DNA of 64,000 nucleotides from Dicyema japonicum (Eukaryota > Animalia > Dicyemida). Numbering within the stretch: the first letter of the stretch is position 1; each line of letters starts with the position of its first letter. Below are positions 1 to 11,276 of the stretch, piece by piece. The translations under genes were made by a program, and so were the position numbers. The notes beneath the pieces are model-generated. The model had not been told where the DNA came from. It ran no database searches and saw only the letters and a program-made list of their open reading frames with translations. Location of the stretch: contig RDEW01000024.1 in the NCBI GenBank assembly GCA_011109175.1, positions 241,199-305,198 on the forward strand, given 5' to 3'.

Positions 1-289
1 TTCTAATATATCGGGGGTTATTAATCAGTTAATTAGTTAAATGCAATCTCCCGTTACCCATAAGCACATGAATATGTAAGGCTCGTGCCGCGCTCTTCAC
101 AATCCGTTCAACCTGTTTTCTCCATGTAGCTTTCCTTCTCGATCCATGTATTAGTGTTCGAAGCGCGTCCTCAGACTTTAAGGTTGCAATTGTAAAAGGG
201 GTAGAATAGACAGACTGAGAAACCTATAAGACATTATTAGAGAGCAGACAGCCCAACATGGGGGTTATTTTTTTATTTTTTTAACCCAA

Positions 290-400
290 GAACACCAATA
301 GTTAATTTAATTGTATTAAACTAATTAGGTGATCCCGGCCGCCTCCATCAGGTCTCTCATCTTTTTCCGGTGGACCTTCCGAGATCCAACACAGCTTCTC
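290..400 (-). mobile_element. 3' terminal fragment of an Ingi/Vingi-like LINE
   Basis: GGTGATCCCGGC...CATCTTTTTCCG closely resembles the 3' end of the adjacent LINE (461-520). Confidence 0.5.
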
Positions 401-408
401 TGAGGGTT

Positions 409-2360
409 ATTATTATTATTTAAGCCAAAAAATCACGTCTTAACCAATAACTAATATTCAGGTGATCCCGGCATCTCTCAATTATCGGGCCATTTTTTCT
501 CGATGCTCCGACCGTGATCCCACGCATTTTCTTTCGGACGGGGGTCTTTTCCTTTCCTCTTCTCTGAAATTGCCTCCAGTTGCCTTTATGATAGACTCGA
601 GTGCTCTGGGGGCAATTTCTTTATCTGTATATTTTTCTAGTAATTTTTTTGCTCTTGACTGGATCTCTTGAATTTTTGTTAGGTTCGTTGCCGACAGGTT
701 AGATTCCCATGCAGCACATTGTTGGCTCGACATACTGCTTGTAGAGGGTTCCGATACTTGGCGGATAAATTCCTGCACCGTTCCAAAGGAAGGCCTTTAC
801 AAAATTGATCTTCTTTGCACAGGTTGATATGATAGATTCCACATGAGATGAGAAGCAGAGGAAAGTATCAAAAATTACTCCCAGTATCTTCTGCGATTTC
901 TTTTGTGGTATAGGTATTCTATTTAACGTGACATCAATTGTTTGCGTTCCCATCTTTCTATTCTTAGTAAATAAAGTGACTACTGACTTTTCGGAACATG
1001 CATTTAATCGATTTTCGCACAACCATCCATTTATGTTATTTAGTATTCCTTGTAGTCTTTCTTTAGCATGTTCGACATTTACGTTCCTAGATGCGTCAAC
1101 TATGTCATCGGCATAAGAAAGTAGCATGTCATTATTATTCATAGGTACGGGGAGATCACTCAAAAACAAATTAAAAAGGATTGGTGACAGAGGAGATCCT
1201 TGGGGTACACCATTGGGTAATAATCCCGATCTGGAACACTTGGTTCCGACGGACACTTTTCCTCGGCGTCCACTTACGAAATTTGCTAACCATAACATTA
1301 ATGGTGAATCAATTTTTGTCAAAAATATTTTTCGTATGAGGATCTTCTTTGGGACAGAATTGAAAGCTTTTTGAATGTCGATCGTACATATGACCGATTT
1401 TTCCTGTTTTGGCTTGTTCTTGTGTCCTTCAGTTACGAACTTCATTAATGTCGTTAGGAAGGAGGTTGTTGATAATCCTTCCTTGAAGCCATGTTGGAAT
1501 GTATGTTGTGGGAGAGAAGGGCGAATAACTTTTAGGACCAGTTTCTCCAGGATCCTCGACAAAACACATATAAGGGAAACTGGTCTGTAAGAGCCGGGAT
1601 CGTTCATCGGTCTTCCCGGCTTCAATATTGGACGAATTTTTGATAGTTTCCATAAAGTCGGTATGGTATTTATGTTCAGCGATGTGTTGTAGATGATTGT
1701 TAATGCATTTATTGATGATGGGCCCAAGTGTTTCAGCAGAATAAGAGAATTCCGTCTGGGCCACATGAGTTTGTTTTTTTTCTGATTTGATATTGCTTTG
1801 GATACATCTTTAGAGAGAAAATAAATCAGCGGGGCAAATTTGGATGGCTTTCTCTTTATTTTCGTTGTGTGTTAATCTTTTTATAAGGAATGTGACTGAT
1901 TCGAATACAATGTTTCGTATATTTATTCAGATTGAGCTGGCATTGTTCTTTGTTATCTTCGTATTCTGGGTTCTTCAGACGCCTCAACATCTTCCACATG
2001 TTGGAAAATTGAGGTCTGATTAATCATGGCAGCAGAGATTCGTATGAGTTTCTTTCTTTGGGTGTTGTTTGTGCTTTTTGTGATAAGAATGTTTAGTGAC
2101 CTGATTCGATTTATAACCTCTCATGAACGATGTATCATTCTCTTAAGGTTGTTTCTTTCCAAAATTATTTTCTTTGTTTTTGAGTCGTATTTCAATTTTT
2201 CGTTTTTTATATATGCTTTTCTGATAAAAATATTTCTCCCGTCAATGATTGTTTTGTCGAAATAGTATACAGCTTTGTCTATGGAGGAGAAATTTTCAGG
2301 TTGGAAATGTTGCAGTTTTGAATCAACGAAATTTGTAAAGCCAGTCCAATTTGTCCAATT
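409..2360 (-). mobile_element. 5'-truncated Ingi/Vingi-like (I-group) non-LTR retrotransposon with near-intact RT
   Basis: ORF 699-1766 has QHGF, DIQKAF, GVPQGSPLSPILFNLF, YADD and KILGVIFD. ORF 482-778 continues the C-terminus after a frameshift. (AAT)n tail at ~409-421. A close sister copy lies at 60520-61928. Confidence 0.92.
699..1766 (-). CDS. Reverse transcriptase domain of the LINE
   Basis: 355-aa ORF with the non-LTR RT motifs in the expected order. Confidence 0.9.
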   Translation of the reverse strand: MWPRRNSLILLKHLGPSSINALTIIYNTSLNINTIPTLWKLSKIRPILKPGRPMNDPGSYRPVSLICVLSRILEKLVLKVIRPSLPQHTFQHGFKEGLSTTSFLTTLMKFVTEGHKNKPKQEKSVICTIDIQKAFNSVPKKILIRKIFLTKIDSPLMLWLANFVSGRRGKVSVGTKCSRSGLLPNGVPQGSPLSPILFNLFLSDLPVPMNNNDMLLSYADDIVDASRNVNVEHAKERLQGILNNINGWLCENRLNACSEKSVVTLFTKNRKMGTQTIDVTLNRIPIPQKKSQKILGVIFDTFLCFSSHVESIISTCAKKINFVKAFLWNGAGIYPPSIGTLYKQYVEPTMCCMGI

Positions 2361-2498
2361 AAATAAACAAATAAATAAATACGTTTTTTATTGAGAGTAA
2401 GTGGATGAGTAAAGTTGTATTTAATTTATTAATAAAATATTTTATTTTATTTTCTAATTAAATTTAAATTAAGAAATTAAACGTTATTTGAAACCAAA

Positions 2499-5400
2499 AT
2501 GGTCATTGTAATGAATCAAGATACGCTGAAAGATATATTAATAATGATTGATCTATTCAATGTATCGAACAACGAGGCTCAAATGAATGCACTAAAAGTA
2601 CCAAGAGATTAATAAAATAGATGTCTACTGAATTTGAACAAGATACTGAATATATTTATTATTTATCCCACATATTATGTGATATGGATACTTTAGGTAA
2701 TAATAATTTTAATTAAATTTCAATTATAATTAAAAAAAATTTATTTTTAGAATCAAATGTAAGAGCTTTAGCGGCATTTTTGCTCAAAGGACAGATTTGT
2801 AGTGGGAAATTACACGACGATTCAGTTCTTGAATATACACTGGAGCTTCTCTCCAAAAATTTGGCTATTAAACCTAACAATCTTCAAATAGCAATTTCCG
2901 GAATAATTTCCAAGTTTATCAAGATTAATGGGCTCCAAAAATTACCTGGAATCATGGAACTGCTCTGTAATTGTTTAAATTCCCAAAAAGCGAGGAAGAA
3001 TTGGTTTCCATTTTCAATGTGGTCGCTAATCTCTGCGAAGACTCTATAAATCAGCTATGCATACCTGAAAACTCCCAATTTGTAGACTTTATAGTCAAAA
3101 AGTGCATTTCCGAATTCCAATCGCCATGTGAGGAAATTCGGTAACAAATTTAAGTATGTTTAGTCTAAAAGCCTTATTTTGTACTGAGAAGCTACTCTAC
3201 TCCAAAACGAGGTTATTTTCACAAACATTGACGAATTTGCACGTGTATCCCTCCCGGTTATTCCAGATTGTGTTCTCAATGTTCTCAGATGACTCTTTAA
3301 GAGTACGGAAAAGTCTCTGTTCGATGATCGTGGCTCTCCAGTGTTGTCACATGTCCATCATAGTGCAGTACATTAGGCCTATTGTTGAGGTATTGGATTG
3401 GTTATTGTAGTTTCTTCTGAGTTGTCTGAACTGTGAGATTGGTGTGGACTCATGTGAGTTCTGGGGGAGTGTTTATCTGTGGAATGAGACTGCTAGGAGT
3501 GCTTTATGGCCGTTTGTTAGTGGGATCTGCTGTGCTCTTTTGGATTACATGTGTTACTCTGAGGCTGAATTGAAAAGTATTCTGGTTTGTTGAGTTTTTT
3601 ATATCATTATTTATTTATCATATTTTCCACTAAATAATTTGTGTCTTAAATTTTAATTTTTGCCGGTATTTAATTTTGCTTTATCGCTCTATGTAGTACA
3701 TTATTATAATTAATAAGCAAAAGAATTATAAAATTTAATAAAAGTAATTCTAATAGGAATATATAAGCTTTCTGGTATATTGGAGTTTTTATGTCCAATT
3801 TGTTGTGAGTTACTGGTATTTGAGTTATTACATAGCTGACTACATTTTATTTTTAGTGCTTTCTTGTGGCTTAAATATCTTCAATTTAATTGTTTGATAT
3901 ATGTAGCAAATCTGAGAATATTTTGAGTTGCTTATTCGTTATGCTTATTAAAGGGTTTTCTCCACTATTTGAATTTTGTCGGTTTATATTGCAATTTATC
4001 TTCCTTTGTTGTACACTCCGTATTATTGGTTGTAGATATAATTATATACGTTTTTTATTATTCTTCGTTATGCTGTTTATTACTTTAACTTAAAAAAATA
4101 ATTAAAGACTTGATTATTTTTGTAGAATGCAGAACGGGACGATGACGACGAAGTAGCTCCAAAGTTTGGTGACTTGAGTGATGAGGATAATTATGAAAGT
4201 GTGTATTATGACGACGAAACTGACTGGACTATAAGTTTTCTAATAACTGCATTTCACAGGAAAAGCTGCATCACGATCACTGGATTGCATTTCTGTGGTA
4301 TTCCCTGGACAAATACTACCAATAATTCTCCCCAAAATACAACCCATGCTTTCAAGCAATAATTTCATCACCAAGAAGCAGCTATTCTGGCAATTGGCGC
4401 AATTTCTGAGGGTTAACCATTTTTTAATTCCTCAAGGTTCATCTGACAGCATCATTGGTCACTTCCCAATAATCTTACCTTATCTGTTAAACTGTTTAAC
4501 GCACGACAACTTCACAGTCCGCTCAATCTCTTGCTGGACTATCAGCCGTTACGTTCCATCGATTTTCTTATTCTGCCCCAAGGAGTTCTTAGCCTCTTTA
4601 ATTGAACAGGTCTTTGATTTTTAAAATTTAGACTTTGTCAAATATCCTCGACTCCCACTATCGTGTGCAGTTTGCTGCCTGTTCTCTCTTTGCTATAATC
4701 TTGGAGAATGCTGGCAATCAAATATCCCCTTTTATTGATAGAATAATGAATGTGTGTTGTGTGGCTTTACAGCATTATAAGGTCTTTCGTTTTATTACTT
4801 CAGAAAAAAAGTATTGTCCACCTTTATGATGTTATCATTGTGCTCATTGACGTCATTGGGTATACAATTAGAAAGCAGGTAGATTATGTCTGTAGCTAGG
4901 TTTATGTTGATGCCTTATTTCCGCTGTTGCTTACTAGATTTAACTCGAGGATTAGGGACGAATTGTTGATTCCGTTATTTGACGTTTATGGTGTTGTTAG
5001 CTTGTAGTGTGCCACTAGAGTTCTTAGTTGTGTTGGATCTCTAGCAGAGACGTACTGCGGCTCAGTCATCCTATCTGTTTACCAAATACTTTTATTTAGA
5101 ATGGAGGTCTGAGGATTTCTAAGTTTTAGGTGTATTCTGCTGAAGGGGAGGTTAACTGGGATTTAGTATGTGGTGCAATTGACCTCACAACTATTTCTGT
5201 TTCATCTATGAGGGCTCCGTGTGAGTTGTTTGCCGATTCTTCTGTCCTAAACCTCCTTTTTAACTTTTTTAACGTGGAAGAGGTTTATGGTTAAGTCACG
5301 CATCTAGGAATCCGGCATGACTATTTTCGCACCTGGAAGTTATTTAATATCCCTTATTGGAGAGTTGTCTGTGCGTAATTCCTCGTCCATAATTCCAATT

Positions 5401-6076
5401 TACGGTTTTATGGTAGAATCATTAGAAAGGCAAAATTATGGAGTTTCTGTTGCCTAGTGTTGCTAATGGGTCACTGAATTTGAGGAATAATGCTGTGTGC
5501 GCCCTGGGAAGACTGGCTGTTGGTTGTGGTATAGGTTTGGTGGTCACATAGGCGGATTTCCAGGAGAGTACATGTCCTCGTGTCTGTCTGGCCTTTTGGA
5601 CTGCTTCTCTGATGAACGTCAGGTATTGCGGCAGAATGTGGGTATTGGTGCGATGATATTCAGCTGCTACGATAGGACAGATTGCCCTGGTTTACCCGGT
5701 TGAGATTTCAGAGCACATGGAGTCTTATTTGGGGCAATGGTGGTAGATGATGTTATTTGTAGGTGTTTGCTGCTCTGTTGGTTGACGGATCTGCAGAGGA
5801 AGGAAGACGCTTTGAATGGAATGATTTTGGCTCTCAAAGTGAGACCTCGTGTGCTGTTGGGGTGTTTTATGACGTTTTGTGAGGCAGTATGTTTTGAGGG
5901 TAGCAACGGATTTGTAAGAACTGTTATTTTGGTAATGGGTTTTGTGAGTCTAGTTCTTTGGTGAGTATAAAGAGTTTGTTGGAGAGGAGATGTGGGGAGT
6001 TTTGATGGATCAGCTATCTGAGGGATTGATTGTGAGACTTACCCGTTTATTAGGAACGGGGATATTTGTGAAATGA
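2499..6076 (+). CDS. TNPO1: Transportin-1 / karyopherin beta-2 (multi-exon)
   Basis: Spliced peptides match TNPO1 hallmarks: ESNVRALAAFLLK, LCEDS, DSCEFW, acidic H8 loop followed by DWTIRKAASRSLD, TVRSISCWTISRY, RVQFAACSLFA, LYDVIIVLIDVIG, NNAVCALGRL, KEDALNGM..FCEAV. TGA at 6074-6076. Introns 2598-2620 (23 nt), 3141-3163 (23), 3243-3266 (24), 3390-3410 (21) and a long intron ~3586-4126. A few single-base indels. Confidence 0.93.
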
Positions 6077-6249
6077 CTTGTATATATATTTTATGTTTCC
6101 CTGTGTTGTATTTCCCTTTATATTTTTGAATCCCTTTTGTGTTAGTTATCTTTTACTTATTAGTTTATTTACTTTTATCATTATCCCTCTGATTTTTGTT
6201 TTATTAATATTGTCTCTGATTTTATGATAATACGTCCATTTTACTTTAT

Positions 6250-6900
6250 TGATAACCAAAATTTAACTGAACGACGTGGTTAGTTAGCCCAGCCTAATTG
6301 ATAAACAGAAGGAATCCAGGAACCGTTGGAATTTCAGGCAGAATTGTCAAGCATAAAGAAATTCCTAAAAGAAAGTCAGAGATTGTCTTAGTATTTGTCC
6401 GCTGTTTTTACAAGTCATGATGGACGGAGAACATACCATTTTGCTTGAACTAGTTAATTTTTTTAAAGGAGCTAGTAAAATATATTTTTCTCCAGTAATC
6501 AATTGATTCATCATTCTCTAGACCTTTTTCTGGATTGCTGCGATCTTTTCCGCATTAATCCTGAAGATCAATGGGCCTTATGAGGCTCATGTGTAAGAAA
6601 TTCTTGCCTCGATATATTTGTTTATACAACGTTTTTACTATGATATCGTGTTTTTGATGTGCTGTTATAAGCACATGTGTATATCAAAGGTTACCTTCAA
6701 AATTTGTCATGACTTGTCAAAGAATGAAGTGATGTCCGCGACAATAAGACGTGTGATGAGAGTGGGAGAGGGTGGACCTACTGAACACCTCTCTTCGGAA
6801 GCGGAAGCCTGTATTGGAGGGTGGAATTGTCAACACAAGCATACATTCTCCCTCGTGTTCCGTCTTTGGATAAATTAGTTGTAAATTGTATTTGTTTGTG
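6250..6900 (-). mobile_element. Degenerate Ingi/Vingi-like LINE, RT C-terminal part
   Basis: Broken frames read ILKVTFDIHMCL.QHIKN and TLYKQ..., homologous to ORF 699-1766. Confidence 0.6.
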
Positions 6901-7118
6901 ATGGACTTACCAAAGATTGTATGCCTGGGGTTAAAAATATAAAAATTCTTCCTCACTAAAAATAGTAAATAAATCAATCCCCATTGCCTTATAATAAATC
7001 ATTTTTTCGAGACCCAAAATATTTATAACTCACATAGACATGACACACACAATTTGAATAAATTACAGTCATACTTACTTATCGTTGAAAGGGAGGAGAG
7101 ACCCAAAAAATCTTCTTT

Positions 7119-7252
7119 TTTTTTTTGTTTGAGTCTTTTGTAGATGATCCGCTTCCGCAGTGATGTATTAACTGATGGCGGCGTAGCTTGTCATACCCAA
7201 ACCATCATAGATTCGATGAACCTTCAGTGGAACATAAAAAGATTCGAACCCG
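7119..7252 (-). mobile_element. SINE-A copy (B-box head and central domain)
   Basis: Minus strand GGTTCGAATC (7241-7250) followed by GCCGCCATCAG..CACTGCGGAA; homologous to 10585-10865, 20358-20560 and 45215-45365. Confidence 0.7.
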
Positions 7253-7439
7253 CCATTTATTTTGTACTATAACTATTATCCTTTTTCTTGTTGTTACTAA
7301 GTTAATTGATTAATTTTTTTATAAAAACAATTTATTATAGCCAAAAAGTAACAGTTAACTACTGCTGGCTGCGCTCATAATTAAATTATTATTATACTGC
7401 TTGAATAGGTTTCAAACGAAAAATTCTCATTTGAAAATA

Positions 7440-8430
7440 GCCAACGAAAGATCTGGCTTGCCCTGCTTATCAATCCTCTTTGGGCTCCAGCCGACTGCTG
7501 GTGAGGATGATTCTCCAACTCCAAACAGAATCATCTGAAATCACAGAGATGGAGCATTTGAAGGGGATGATGCCTGAGCAGAAAGATCGTTACAGGACCA
7601 TCTGCGAGGATAAATATGAGAGGCTTCTGAACCAATCAAACCAACACAGAAGTGCCTGTCTAGTCACTGGAAGATGCGAATCGAGTGGCGCATGGATCAA
7701 TGCACTCCCAGTTGGCAGTGTCGGGACCCACCTTGACGACGATACTGTCCGCATCGGCATCAACCACCAGACTTGGACTGGAGATTTGCCGGACCCACAA
7801 ATGCCGATGTGGCGCAACCGTCGATTGTTATGGACTCCATGCCCTCTCTTGTCGAAGGAGTGCAGGACGATTCCCAAGACACAAGGCGATCAACGGAATT
7901 GTCAAGCGAGCCCTGGAGTCTGCGGGATAACCAGCCATACTAGAACCTGTTGGTCTGGACAGAGGAGACGGAAAACGTTTCGACGGGATCACAATTTTCC
8001 CATTCGAAGAGGGGAAACCTTTGGTCTGGGATCAAACGCTACTTGCGTCGACACGCTTTGCCCGTCCAACATTGTCGGGAGCGCGGTAGACACACTGTAT
8101 TCCGCGGAAAAAACGATGAGGGCAAAGGAGAAGAAATACGAAGCGCTACGCGACCGATTCGCGTTTTATCCGATAGTGGTCGAGACAACTGGAGGAATAA
8201 GTGGAAAATCGCTTCGCTTCCTAAAGAAACTTGGACGCTTAGCCACAATAAAAAGCCACGACGCACGTGAGACCCGGTGGCTATTCCAGTTGATCTCTGT
8301 TGCAATCGTGAGAGGCAACGCAACGTCGATAATGTCGGCGGGGTCCACTTTGGATGGATGGCAGTTTTAAATATGATTTACTGTAAATATGGTTTTCTGA
8401 TTTAAATAAATTGTTGATTAAAAAAAATAG
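7440..8430 (+). mobile_element. CRE-clade (RLE) non-LTR retrotransposon, 3' part
   Basis: A mosaic of frames gives [18 protein letters not shown] (CCHC knuckle), RFPRH, DGITIFPF..GKPLVWD, VETTGG and LISVAIVRGN: a restriction-like endonuclease. A-rich tail ~8420. Confidence 0.88.
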
Positions 8431-8499
8431 CCAAGTAATAATCATAGAAAAATAATGGATCAAATTTTATTTTTTCATTAGCGACCGTTTAATTTTTGT

Positions 8500-9020
8500 A
8501 TAATTTCGTTGAAAAAATTTATTTCGGTCACGTAGTGCAAATTTTCTAGTTGATTGAAAATTTATGTTTGTTTATTTTGTTCTCTTATTAACTTTCCTAC
8601 TAGTGTAGCGTCATGTGATTTACCTCGTGGGCAGTAAATATATTGAACCAGACGTCTAGGAAATTTAAGGAATCATGGGAAGCATGTCACTGATTTTGGT
8701 AAAAAGAATCGGATCGTTATGGTTACTAATATTAATTAGTAAGTGTATTGGTTAAGTTGTAGTGCTTAATGACCCGAGTTTCTCTCACTCGTCATTTGAT
8801 AGAGAGTTTCTCACATCTATCAAATTTTTTTTCGTACTTGTACCGGAGCGTCATGTGATCCAACTACCCCAGAAGGCATCCAGTGATGGATTAAAGGAAG
8901 TATTTGATCTCCCCACATCAATGATCAGTTGACAACAGAGGTTCTGGATGAATTCTTGTAACTGGAAAATGGATACAGATTAGCTGTGGTTAGTTAGTTA
9001 GTTAATTAAGTAACCCCAGC
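8500..9020 (+). mobile_element. Two diverged SINE-B-related copies
   Basis: GCGTCATGTGAT core at ~8608 and ~8867; the second is followed by GAAAATGGATACA and a (TTAG)n tail. Confidence 0.5.
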
Positions 9021-9194
9021 CTCACTAACTTGTAGGAGTCCAGCATCAATTAAGTAGTACGCAGCAGATGTTGGTCGCTCCCATAGATCGGTCAGTTCCG
9101 GAATTGTGGAGAGCTGTAGTAATTCACGCTTCAAGACTCATTGATTAATATGCAGAAAATGTTCAATTTAAAAAAATTTTAAAAATTTTAATAA

Positions 9195-10193
9195 ATGACT
9201 TTTCTACTTTTTTGTCTATTTTATGCCTTCATTGGTAATTTATCCTAAATATTATAGAAAACGGCTCCTTCAAGCGAAAATTAGAAGTTAACGTTGTTGT
9301 CGATGCTGATATTGTTTCCACCTTATATTCAAACATAGCTACAATTTACAATTCTGATGAAAAAGAGCCAAGAAAGACGTCAGCAATTTGATCTCTTTGT
9401 CTCAAAAGGTATCTCTTAGCAAGATTTGGTTTTTCGATAAAATCAAGATCGAATTACGACTTGTGAAAGTATACTCCACCAAAACGAATATTTCTACAAA
9501 TCCCTACGTGGCAGCCGAATACGCACAGAAACAAAATCTATTCGATTCAGCAGACGCCGTCGTATTCTTCAAGTTTTATTACGACTTCCTTTCAGAGATT
9601 CTCAATCCGACTCAAAGCGGGTGGGTATAAGTCTGTTGAAGAAGGTTTGCGGGAGACTAGCCGTAGGAATAGTCCTGATAAGATCCAGCGATCAAATAAT
9701 GTCAGAAATCTTAGCCCACGAGTTGTTCCACGTGCTAGGATTCGAGCACGTGGATGAATATGATAGTGGTTGCCAAAAGAACTGTCTGATGAACAGAAAA
9801 ATAGAAAAACACGAGTTCTGGTTTTTTTTGTAATTTAAGGCACGTGTCTCAGAAAACTATCGACCAGGTAAAATCACTGAAAAAGTACTGGGATTGCTTG
9901 TACACGACGAATGCTCGTATAATTCCAATTTAATTATTTAGCAACAACAAGTAAAGTGTATTATTAATTACTCAAGCAACAATGACCACAACGACCACAA
10001 CGACCACAACGACTACAACTAGTATTCTCTGTACTCATTTGTAGCGACTACCACGACCACATCAACCACGAGTGTTGAGTCATTTAAATTCCAGCGACCA
10101 AGAGTAAGTCAGTTGAGACCACTTTTTTCAATTTCTGGATTTATATCATTCTTTCATTCTGGTGGAGTTCATCAGTTTATCCTAGGGAGTTAA
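9195..10193 (+). CDS. Secreted M12B (reprolysin/ADAM-like) zinc metalloprotease with Thr-rich stalk
   Basis: Signal peptide MTFLLFCLFYAFI, KLEVNVVVDAD, DAVVFF..RVGISLLKKVC..AVGIV, zinc motif AHELFHVLGFEH, Met-turn CLMN. Introns of 23-26 nt. One probable indel near 9360. Confidence 0.85.
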
Positions 10194-10249
10194 CTAAGTT
10201 AACTTTCTAACGACTACTAACCATTTTTAACGCCTTTATTTTTAATTAC

Positions 10250-10370
10250 AGGAAACCGGATCACCTCATGCACTGGAAATCTCCGCGAACGCCGCTGGCT
10301 ATTTGAGCGAATTTCGCTCGCAATTTTGAGAGGGAACAGCCACGCGGTGAGAGCGGCAACTACCTGACTT
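10250..10370 (+). mobile_element. CRE-like 3' fragment
   Basis: RERRWLFERISLAILRGNSHAV* matches the C-terminus of the 7440-8430 element. Confidence 0.7.
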
Positions 10371-10584
10371 CTATTGTTTAAATTAACCTTAAAAATATAA
10401 CTTTAAATTACAGGTTACGTGAGCGTACCAGTTGAAATGTCTATCGGTGCAGAGTGGATAAAAGATCTAGTTTTGTTTCTCCTCGAGGTGGTAAAAGTGG
10501 CGGATTCGAAAGACATTGGAAACATAAAGTTCTGAACATAGAAAGCGTAGAATCTGGAGAGTCTTGTCGATATGACAAAGGCTA

Positions 10585-10865
10585 ATAATTCAAGCCACTG
10601 TTCGCGAGAGCAATAATAATGTAGATACGTCCAGGCAGGACACGTACTTTATTAAAGTAACGAACAGTCATGATGACGAATCGTGGAAAGGGAACCGAGT
10701 ACTTCTTTTTAATTTTTTGAGTGTCAGTCCTCGTAGACGATTCATTTCCGCTGTGAAGTACACACTGAGTAACGGCGTCACTCATCAAACCCATGGAATC
10801 ATAGATGCTGTAACCTTAAACAGCCACTGGATTTAAACCAGGGACTAGATTCGAACTACTATTAT
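10585..10865 (-). mobile_element. Near full-length diverged SINE-A
   Basis: Minus strand: GTTCGAATC head, TTTGATGAGTGACGCCG core, A-rich linker and GTGTCCTGCCT..CTCTCGCGAA tail. Confidence 0.72.
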
Positions 10866-11276
10866 GATTTCGCTTGGAGTACGAAAATATACGTTGGCTT
10901 ATATTTTTTGTAAATAATTTAATTTTTATTACCCTAGAATACACGGAGAAGAAAGTTAACTGTATACAACTAATTAATCGTATCTAGTTAACATGGTTGC
11001 ATTCGCAAAGAAATAAATTTTTCAAAGCACAAGGCATCCAAATTACAGTTATGGAAAATCCTCTATTGATTGTCTAGTTTACACGGTCGCGTTTGCAGAA
11101 GAATAAGGTTTTTATGCACAAAACCAGTTTTTAATCATTATCAATAAAAAGTAAGAAAAAGTAAAAATATAAAAAGTTTTAGTACTTTTTTGTAATTTAT
11201 ATTTTTTTATTAAAATAAATTAAAATTAATATTTTATTCAAATTATAATAACTTGTACACGTATAAAACATCAGCA

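Noticed and set aside
2980-3000. Programmed frameshifting or pseudogenisation of TNPO1, SCFD1 and the cathepsin
   Set aside because: Breaks sit at short homopolymers and similar indels pepper the satellite, so sequencing error is more parsimonious.
7480-8370. 296-aa ORF as a single real protein
   Set aside because: Its middle is off-frame; the conserved CRE motifs switch into ORF 7685-7930 and back.
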